From NCBI GenBank assembly GCA_028693335.1, contig JAQUVR010000034.1, positions 1 to 6,488 on the forward strand: a DNA stretch of 6,488 nucleotides, given 5' to 3'. The position numbers were made by a program, and so were the translations under genes. The notes beneath the pieces were generated by a model, which searched no databases, had not been told where the DNA came from, and saw nothing but the letters and a program-made list of their open reading frames with translations. Within the stretch, counting starts at the first letter, position 1. Every line of letters starts with the position of its first letter. The stretch is from Candidatus Iainarchaeum sp. (GTDB taxonomy: Archaea; Iainarchaeota; Iainarchaeia; Iainarchaeales; CSSED10-239). Positions 1-5,006 of the stretch are shown piece after piece.

Positions 1-168
1 AGGTAATATATTTATATCCTAAATGATTAAAACCTTTTCTTTTATTAAATATATATAAATTAGAGGATAATATTCTTTTTGGAAGGGGTCTTGTCCAGTG
101 GAAAAATAATAAAAATTACAAAAAGTAAAATTAAAATATAAATATCTAAATACTGTGATAATTGTTGC

Positions 169-207
169 AAAAAAATAAGAAAAAAAATGGTTAAAAGAAA
201 TTAACCA
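169..207 (-). terminator. Putative intrinsic terminator of the uL1-P0-P1 operon: a hairpin containing the P1 stop codon, followed by oligo-T tracts
   Basis: On the minus strand: 5'-TGGTTAA TTTCTT TTAACCA-3' (plus 188-194 pairs with 201-207; 7-bp stem, 6-nt loop). The P1 TAA (203-201) lies in the 5' arm. The hairpin is followed at once by T8 (plus A-run 180-187) and then T7 (169-175). Oligo-T is the established archaeal termination signal. Confidence 0.5.
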
Positions 208-488
208 AATAAGGAACTTAATCCTTCAGCAGCTGATTCTTCTGAAACAACAGGTTCTTCATGAACTTCTTCTTTCTTTGTTTCTTGAGCTACTGGTGCT
301 GCTGCTACTGGCATTGATGCCTTACTAATTGCGTCTTCAATATTTATGTCTTTTAAAGTTGCAACAAGTCCCTTAACTTTTGCATCATCAACAGAAACTC
401 CAGCTGATGTTAATACTGCTTTGATGTTTGCCTCTGTTATTTCTTTTTTTGTTTTGTGTAATAACAAAACTGCGTATATATAATCCAT
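201..488 (-). CDS. rpl12p: Archaeal ribosomal stalk protein P1 (L12e/aP1), 95 aa
   Basis: The N-terminal dimerisation region [11 protein letters not shown]..., an Ala/Pro/Glu-rich hinge and the conserved C-terminal factor-binding tail ...[13 protein letters not shown] are typical of archaeal P1. RBS AGGAGTG (plus 497-503) lies 8 nt before the ATG. The gene sits directly downstream of P0, the conserved order. Confidence 0.9.
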   Translation of the reverse strand: MDYIYAVLLLHKTKKEITEANIKAVLTSAGVSVDDAKVKGLVATLKDINIEDAISKASMPVAAAPVAQETKKEEVHEEPVVSEESAAEGLSSLFG

Positions 489-506
489 ATTCTACACACT
501 CCTAAA

Positions 507-1265
507 TTAATTATTTTTATTTGCTAAAGCATCTAGTGCTTTTGCTTGTAGTTGAGCTTTTACAATCATTGGCTCAATTGTGTCTTCACAAATGTAACCA
601 ACTTCAACACCTAAATTTATTCCTGATCTTACTGCTAAGATTATGTTGTTTATTATTGTTCCTGCGTCAACATCTAAAACATCTTTACTATATATTAAGT
701 TATCTTCTTTTACTGCTACAATATCAAGCATTAATTCAACAGGCTTAATATCCAACTTTGAAAGAGTACTTACAATATCAGATGTAATTATGTCGCCAAC
801 TTTTGCAATAGTTGTGTCATTTGGAACAAATATTGTTGCACCTCTAACTTGTGCTTTAATACCAACTCTCTTAAGATCAGACAATGCTGGTCCTGGTGGA
901 AGTCCTGTATCTCCAGAAGGTATAACAATATCAACTGGTGAGATCATTCCAATCTTTGCTTTTGATCTTGCTTTGTTTTTCTTTATTTGACCATAAAGTT
1001 CAAAAGCATTTTTGTTTGTTAAGATCAATATTGGCTGGTCTGGTAATTTTTCTAACATGTCTTTATGGTTTGTTTCTTCTAGTGCTCTTTTTAATGAACT
1101 TTTTGAAGTTACTTTAAAAACAGCATCAACCATGTTCTTTTTTAACCTTGCTAATAAACCAGCAGGGAAGTTATTTAAATCACCAATACCAACAATATTA
1201 TGATTTTTTATTAGTTGAGATATCTCTTTTGTTTGTGATTCTCTCCAAGGCTTTGTGTGTCTCAT
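507..1265 (-). CDS. rplP0: Ribosomal protein uL10 (archaeal P0), unusually short at 252 aa and lacking the C-terminal acidic tail
   Basis: N-terminal rRNA-binding domain (KPWRESQTKEISQLIKNH..VGIGDLNNFPAGLLARLKK). The archaeal/eukaryotic domain-II insert carries the signature PSGDTGLPPGPALSDLKRVGI...LDIKP. The ATG overlaps the uL1 stop as ATGA (1262-1265). RBS AGGTGGT (plus 1271-1277) lies 5 nt upstream. The protein ends ...QAKALDALANKNN*. Confidence 0.9.
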   Translation of the reverse strand: MRHTKPWRESQTKEISQLIKNHNIVGIGDLNNFPAGLLARLKKNMVDAVFKVTSKSSLKRALEETNHKDMLEKLPDQPILILTNKNAFELYGQIKKNKARSKAKIGMISPVDIVIPSGDTGLPPGPALSDLKRVGIKAQVRGATIFVPNDTTIAKVGDIITSDIVSTLSKLDIKPVELMLDIVAVKEDNLIYSKDVLDVDAGTIINNIILAVRSGINLGVEVGYICEDTIEPMIVKAQLQAKALDALANKNN

Positions 1266-1942
1266 TTCTTACCACCTATTGCCTCTATATTTATTGTGCC
1301 ACTCATAGTTGATTTCATATAAATTGCTTTTAAGTTTTGTTCACCAATTGGCAATTTATCAATAATTGCTTTTGTAACTGCTACACAATTATCTACCAAG
1401 TCATCATTACTTTGACTCTTTTTACCAACTTTTGTTTGAATAGCAACAGAAGTTTTACTTTTTTTATTACTTATTTTCTGTTGTGAGATTGTTGCAGTAA
1501 CAATTGCCTTAATTGCATTAATGTTTGGTGGAGCAACTAATGGCATCTTTCCTCTTGGACTCAAAACTTGTCCTAAATATTTACCAACAGTTAGCATAAC
1601 TGGACCTTCTGCTAAAAACACTTTGTGTTCTTCTGCCAGTTTTTTTGCTTCTTTTTTGGATATTTTAGGAATATCTTCATCCAAAACGATTTTATCAACA
1701 ACTCCTTTTAACTCAGAAGCTAAGTTTTTATCTTTAACAAATACTAATGAACTTACTTTATCTAAATATGGATGTGGTAATTTAACAGTTAACTCAACTC
1801 TTTGGTCTCTGTTCTTCACATTGATATTTTTTAAAGTGTAAATTAGTTCAACAGCTTCATCAAAGTTTCTTTTTTTAGACTTGCTTTTCAACTCGTCTAT
1901 AGCCTTTAAATAGGCTTTCTTGTCTAGAACGCTTGTATCCAA
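1262..1942 (-). CDS. rpl1: Ribosomal protein uL1, about 226 aa, with a TTG start
   Basis: uL1-like sequence throughout (KKRNFDEAVELIYTLKNINVKNRDQRVELTVKLPHP..., FLAEGPVMLTVGKYLGQVLSPRGKMP). The track ORF runs up to 1990, but a perfect GGAGGTG (plus 1948-1954) lies 5 nt before the in-frame TTG at 1942-1940. That start gives M-DTSVLDKKAYLKAIDELK..., a normal uL1 N-terminus and length. The identity is firm; the exact start has roughly 0.6 confidence. Confidence 0.88.
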   Translation of the reverse strand: MDTSVLDKKAYLKAIDELKSKSKKRNFDEAVELIYTLKNINVKNRDQRVELTVKLPHPYLDKVSSLVFVKDKNLASELKGVVDKIVLDEDIPKISKKEAKKLAEEHKVFLAEGPVMLTVGKYLGQVLSPRGKMPLVAPPNINAIKAIVTATISQQKISNKKSKTSVAIQTKVGKKSQSNDDLVDNCVAVTKAIIDKLPIGEQNLKAIYMKSTMSGTINIEAIGGKK

Positions 1943-1947
1943 ATTAG

Positions 1948-1954
1948 CACCTCC
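1948..1954 (-). promoter_or_regulatory. Shine-Dalgarno site (GGAGGTG) for uL1
   Basis: Plus-strand cacctcc is GGAGGTG on the minus strand, complementary to the conserved 16S 3' end, with a 5-nt spacer (CTAAT) to the TTG. Related partial SD motifs precede P0 (AGGTGGT), P1 (AGGAGTG), Sm (GGTGAT) and enolase (GTGAT). Confidence 0.6.
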
Positions 1955-2000
1955 TGCATAAAAGCAGTACAAACGGGAAAATTTTTCCAATTTTGTTTTT

Positions 2001-2024
2001 TTAAAAACAAATATTTGTTTTTAA
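2001..2024. promoter_or_regulatory. 24-nt perfect palindrome TTAAAAACAAAT|ATTTGTTTTTAA. Candidate operator or 5'-leader hairpin of the stalk operon
   Basis: The sequence is its own exact reverse complement (verified base by base). It lies immediately downstream, in the minus-strand sense, of a TATA-like ATTAATATATATA and about 60 nt upstream of the uL1 start. The sequence fact is certain; the function is unproven. Confidence 0.35.
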
Positions 2025-2025
2025 G

Positions 2026-2038
2026 TATATATATTAAT
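2026..2038 (-). promoter_or_regulatory. TATA-box-like element, candidate promoter of the uL1-P0-P1 operon
   Basis: The minus strand reads ATTAATATATATA. It sits in the 112-nt spacer after the terminator of the upstream gene. Other A/T-rich TATA candidates exist at 2051-2076, so the choice is uncertain. Confidence 0.3.
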
Positions 2039-2076
2039 TGATGAGTTTAATTTTTAAATATATTTTTTAAATATTT

Positions 2077-2111
2077 AAAAAAAAATTAAGATAAAAATTA
2101 ATTTATCTTAA
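2077..2111 (-). terminator. Putative intrinsic terminator of the 2103-2957 gene: 10-bp hairpin containing the stop codon, followed by T9
   Basis: The minus strand reads 5'-TTAAGATAAA TTAATT TTTATCTTAA TTTTTTTTT-3'. Plus 2086-2095 pairs perfectly with 2102-2111 (10 bp) with a 6-nt loop. The stop codon TAA (2105-2103) lies in the 5' arm. The A9 run at 2077-2085 gives U9 on the transcript. Confidence 0.55.
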
Positions 2112-2948
2112 ATATTTTATTGTATTTACAAAGATTGCTTTACTTAAACCAGGATTGTAATTAAAATAAATTACTTTTCCCATAAGCATTGATTTTTCAA
2201 CAATAGCTGGGAATGTCTGACCGGTTCTTGCATCTTCTAAATATGCAATTTCTTTACCAAGAACTGAAACATCAAAAGTTGATGTGTTGTAAAGACCTGA
2301 ACTTTCTAAAGCTGGTGCTCTTTCTATTCCTGCCATTATTGGATGATCAAAGGCTCTATAAATTATTCCTTGTACAAAATATTCTTTCTTACAAGATGGT
2401 GTTCCAAAAATTATTTTATCACAAGAAACTGGAACAATATTACCTAAGTTTGCTTGCCAACCAAGAACAGAAATATCTCCTGGTCTTTCAATTCCTGAGT
2501 TTAAAACAACTATTAGTTTTCCACCTGAATTTACATAACTCTTTAGAGCATCTCCTACTCTTCTTGTTATTGATTTATCTGTTTGAAGTGATTGATCTAA
2601 AATTATTAAATTATATCCTTTAATTGCTTCTTTTGGATTTCTTTCAATAGATTCAATATTTACAAATCTTACTTGTTTTATTAGATCTTTATTTTCTGGA
2701 TCATATAAAACATTTTTGAATTCAACACTTGGAGATCCAATAACCAAAATATTAGCACCACCTGTTGTTGATACAAATGGCATTCCTCCAGAGAATATGT
2801 TTGTTTTAAATAATATTAAAAGTATTACTACTACAATAACTGCTATTGGTATTATATTTTCCCATTTTATTTTTGATCCCCCTGCTGAAGTTTTAAAATC
2901 GTCTGCACTAAAGTCAGATCCAAAATCGTCACCTAAATCTTTTGCCAT
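2103..2948 (-). CDS. Hypothetical membrane-anchored protein (N-terminal TM helix plus an extracytoplasmic alpha/beta domain). Possible GATase1-like/ThuA-like (DUF4159/DUF1355-type) fold
   Basis: Long ORF with non-random composition. It has an acidic N-terminus, one TM segment (IIPIAVIVVVILLILF) and then an alternating strand/helix pattern: ILVIGSP...YNLIILDQ...ALKSYVNSGGKLIVVLNSG...GNIVPV...GKVIYFNYNP. I recognise this only loosely as the 'amidotransferase-like' fold seen in Bat/DUF4159-type proteins. The start is either ATG 2948 (TGAT plus 4 nt, as for enolase) or TTG 2957 (track). The confidence refers to the ORF being coding; the fold assignment is about 0.25. Confidence 0.7.
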   Translation of the reverse strand: MAKDLGDDFGSDFSADDFKTSAGGSKIKWENIIPIAVIVVVILLILFKTNIFSGGMPFVSTTGGANILVIGSPSVEFKNVLYDPENKDLIKQVRFVNIESIERNPKEAIKGYNLIILDQSLQTDKSITRRVGDALKSYVNSGGKLIVVLNSGIERPGDISVLGWQANLGNIVPVSCDKIIFGTPSCKKEYFVQGIIYRAFDHPIMAGIERAPALESSGLYNTSTFDVSVLGKEIAYLEDARTGQTFPAIVEKSMLMGKVIYFNYNPGLSKAIFVNTIKYLR

Positions 2949-3054
2949 AATTATCAATTTCCTTCTTTTTAATTAATATTATATATTTAAAAGATAAATT
3001 TATTTTTAAATGTTTCGAAAATTATTAACTTCTTAAAATTAATAAATATCTCTC

Positions 3055-4308
3055 TTATTCTTCCAAATACACTCCTTCAATCTCCAACAATCTATTATAT
3101 TTTGAATTTCTATCACTTCTTGCTGGGGCTCCAAACTTTATATAGTCACTATTTAATCCAAATGCAAGATCTGAAATAAAACTATCTTCTGTCTCTCCTG
3201 ACCTGTGAGATACTACAACTTTCCAACCATTATCTCTTGCAAGATTAAATGATTTTATTGTTTCTGTAATTGTCCCAATTTGATTTGGTTTAAGTAATAA
3301 AGAATTACAATATTTTTTATCTATTCCTTCTTTTATTAATTTTGGATTTGTTACTAATAAATCATCTCCAATTATATTCATCTTAGAAGAATATTTCTTT
3401 GTAAACTCTTTCCAAGAATTTTTATCTTCTTCAAAGAATGGATCTTCTATTGATTTTAGTTGTTTATAACTTTTTAATAGATCTGCATAGTATTCCATTA
3501 ATTGAGATGAAGAATAATTTTTATTGTTTACAAAATATTTTTTAGATTTTTCATTATAAAAAGAATTTGCAGCACAATCAAGACCTAAAAAGACATCCTT
3601 AGAATAGCCAGATTTTTTTATTGCTTGTTCCATTAGATCAAGTGCGATTTTTGGATCTGTTATATTTGGTGCAAAACCGCCCTCATATCCAACATTTATA
3701 GAAGATTTTCCATATTTCTTTGAAAGTATTTCTTTTAATTGTAAATAAATTTCTGCAGACATAGAAATATTTTGAGAAATTTTATTTTTATTTGGTAATA
3801 TTTGAAATTCTTGAAATGCAAGATCAGTTCCGGCATGTTCTCCACCATTTATTATATTTAATTCTGGTTTTGGAAAATTTGTTTTTTTATCAATTTTTTT
3901 ATTATTTAATCTTGCTATATATTGATAGAGAGGAACATCTAATTCTTTACTTGCTGCTTTACAAATTGCGGCACTTATTGAGAGTATAGCATTTGATCCA
4001 AGTCTTGATTTATTGCTTGTAGCATCAAGCTCTATCATTAAATTATCAATTCTTGTTTGATCTAACAAGAATTCCCCCACTAATCTTGGGCCAATTATTT
4101 TATTTACATTGTCTATTGCTTTTGTAACATCTTTTCCAAAAAAAGCTTTAGATTTATCTCTTAATTCAACAGCTTCTTTTTTTCCTGCGCTTGTTCCAGA
4201 TGGTATTGAAACCCCGGTTATATAATTATCAGTATATACAAAAGTCTTTAATGTAGGGATTCCTCTAGAATCAAAAACTTTAATAGCTTTAATCTTTTTT
4301 ATGTGCAT
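3055..4308 (-). CDS. eno: Enolase (2-phospho-D-glycerate hydro-lyase), about 417 aa
   Basis: Full-length enolase with all signature segments: FDSRGIPT, PSGTSAGKKEAVELRD, NGGEHAG, FQEFQILP, GYEGGFAP, GLDCAANSFY, IEDPFFEED, IIGDDLLVTNP, LLLKPNQIGTITET, VVSHRSGETEDSFISDLA, IKFGAPARSDRNSKYNRLLEIE. The metal ligands and catalytic Lys/Glu equivalents appear intact. The start is taken at ATG 4308, preceded by GTGAT plus 4 nt. The track's GTG at 4317 is itself part of that SD-like motif and is the alternative start. Confidence 0.95.
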   Translation of the reverse strand: MHIKKIKAIKVFDSRGIPTLKTFVYTDNYITGVSIPSGTSAGKKEAVELRDKSKAFFGKDVTKAIDNVNKIIGPRLVGEFLLDQTRIDNLMIELDATSNKSRLGSNAILSISAAICKAASKELDVPLYQYIARLNNKKIDKKTNFPKPELNIINGGEHAGTDLAFQEFQILPNKNKISQNISMSAEIYLQLKEILSKKYGKSSINVGYEGGFAPNITDPKIALDLMEQAIKKSGYSKDVFLGLDCAANSFYNEKSKKYFVNNKNYSSSQLMEYYADLLKSYKQLKSIEDPFFEEDKNSWKEFTKKYSSKMNIIGDDLLVTNPKLIKEGIDKKYCNSLLLKPNQIGTITETIKSFNLARDNGWKVVVSHRSGETEDSFISDLAFGLNSDYIKFGAPARSDRNSKYNRLLEIEGVYLEE

Positions 4309-4939
4309 CTTTATCACTTTTTAAAATATTTCCAATCTTTAAATTACTATTAAATAATTCTTTTCCAAATATTTGAGAATACAATTCTTTTTTAACATAA
4401 TTGTTTAGTGGTAAATAATTATATTGTTTATCAGAAAACAAATGTTCTTCTATTTGAGAAAGAGAAAGATCAATTAAATAAAGATCTTTTATTTCAGGAA
4501 CATTTTGATTATTGTTATTTGTCAAAATATCTTTAAATAAAACAAAATCAACAGATGTAAAATTACTTAAATAATAACCATCTGTCCAAATGTCATGACC
4601 AAGATATAAAATATCTGCTGGGGTAAATAAACATTCTTCTTTAAAGAAAAAAATTTTATAATATTCATCATAATAATTGTTTTTATCTTTTTCATATTTT
4701 TCGGTCTTAATATTTTTATCCATTTCTGTTAGACTATCTAAATATTTTTTAGAAATTGTAAAGATATTTTCAATTTTAATAAATGATTCAAATTCTTTAA
4801 AATCAACATCTTCTTTATATTTGCCAATTACTAAAAACAAATCAATGTCTTTTAGATCTAAGACTTTTTTAAAAAAATCTTTGTCTTTTTCTTTAATATA
4901 ATTAAATTCTTTTAATCCTAAAAAAAGTTTTTTTTTCAT
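4289..4939 (-). CDS. Hypothetical protein, 216 aa, with a possible degenerate HAD-superfamily fold (motif III/IV-like segment present, nucleophile motif absent)
   Basis: ATG at 4939 is preceded by GGTTAT (one mismatch to GGTGAT) with a 5-nt spacer. The segment KDKNNYYDEYYKIFFFKEECLFTPADILYLGHDIWTDGYYLSNFTSVDFVLF resembles the HAD 'KP.p.iy...lgv.Pee.l.VGDs..tDi.gA..aG...v.v' region. The N-terminal KKLFLGLKEFNY occupies the place of hhhDxDGT but has no Asp residues. The 3' end overlaps enolase by 20 nt (29 nt with the GTG start). Lys/Asn/Tyr-rich. Confidence 0.65.
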   Translation of the reverse strand: MKKKLFLGLKEFNYIKEKDKDFFKKVLDLKDIDLFLVIGKYKEDVDFKEFESFIKIENIFTISKKYLDSLTEMDKNIKTEKYEKDKNNYYDEYYKIFFFKEECLFTPADILYLGHDIWTDGYYLSNFTSVDFVLFKDILTNNNNQNVPEIKDLYLIDLSLSQIEEHLFSDKQYNYLPLNNYVKKELYSQIFGKELFNSNLKIGNILKSDKDAHKKD

Positions 4940-5006
4940 AAATCATAACCATTTTTAAACATATTATTGGTACTATTTAGATATAAATTAATTGAGAGGA
5001 AAAACT
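4940..5006. promoter_or_regulatory. Divergent promoter spacer (67 bp) between the 216-aa/enolase unit and the small plus-strand ORF
   Basis: Two oppositely oriented starts (4939 minus, 5007 plus) flank A/T-rich TATA-like elements: TTTTTAAAC at 4952-4960, which reads GTTTAAAAA on the minus strand, and ATATAAATTAA at 4981-4991. GAGG (4996-4999) lies 7 nt before ATG 5007. Confidence 0.35.

Noticed and set aside
23-29. Box C-like ATGATTA (and GTGATAA at 154-160), suggesting a C/D box sRNA
   Set aside because: Both deviate from RUGAUGA at a critical position. No CUGA box D or terminal stem is found at a suitable distance on either strand.
79-141. Plus-strand TTG-initiated 20-codon ORF (MEGVLSSGKIIKITKSKIKI*) with GAGGAT 10 nt upstream
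   Set aside because: It is too short. After the first 8 codons the composition is just A-rich spacer read as Lys/Ile. The spacing to the SD-like motif is long.
60-170. Minus-strand TTG-initiated 36-codon ORF (MQQLSQYLDIYILILLFVIFIIFPLDKTPSKKNIIL*) just after the P1 terminator
   Set aside because: It looks like a one-TM peptide. However, its TTG lies within the oligo-T terminator tract and it has no SD. Ile/Leu/Phe-rich frames arise trivially in A/T-rich spacer. I kept it only as a note under the 47-101 finding.
521-1203. Plus-strand track ORFs 521-748, 643-990 and 1012-1203, antisense to P0
   Set aside because: They lie entirely opposite a confidently identified ribosomal protein gene. The translations are Leu/Phe/Ile/Ser-rich low-complexity sequence typical of shadow frames in A/T-rich DNA. 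No RBS is present.
1521-1841. Plus-strand 106-aa ORF antisense to uL1
   Set aside because: It is a shadow ORF opposite a conserved gene, with no start context and no recognisable motifs.
2051-2074. Direct repeat TTTTTAAATAT (2051-2061 and 2064-2074) in the uL1 upstream spacer
   Set aside because: It is low-complexity A/T sequence, most simply explained as overlapping TATA-like promoter elements or chance. It is too short and simple to call a repeat element.
1991-2102. Absence of an L11 (uL11) gene upstream of uL1
   Set aside because: A separate L1-L10-L12 transcription unit without L11 is already known from methanogen-type operons. The spacer contains a terminator and promoter-like elements consistent with that arrangement. 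It is not unusual.
2213-2976. Plus-strand ORFs 2213-2623 and 2716-2976, antisense to the 281/284-aa gene
   Set aside because: Both are Leu-rich repetitive translations (LLLFLLLIYLF...) characteristic of antisense frames. The minus-strand ORF is longer, has promoter and terminator signals, and has a sensible TM-plus-domain architecture.
3017-3054. Weak all-A/T hairpin (TTATTAA / TTAATAA, 10-nt loop) plus T4 downstream of the enolase stop, as a fourth terminator
   Set aside because: The stem has no G-C pair, the loop is long and the T-run is only 4 nt. This is indistinguishable from background in this composition, so I did not call it as a feature.
3792-3989. Plus-strand 65-aa ORF antisense to enolase
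   Set aside because: It lies inside a fully conserved enolase gene and is a shadow frame.
4677-4901. Plus-strand 74-aa ORF antisense to the 216-aa gene
   Set aside because: It is a Ser/Leu/Phe-rich shadow frame without an RBS. The minus-strand ORF is three times longer and is positioned with an SD-like motif and coupled to eno.
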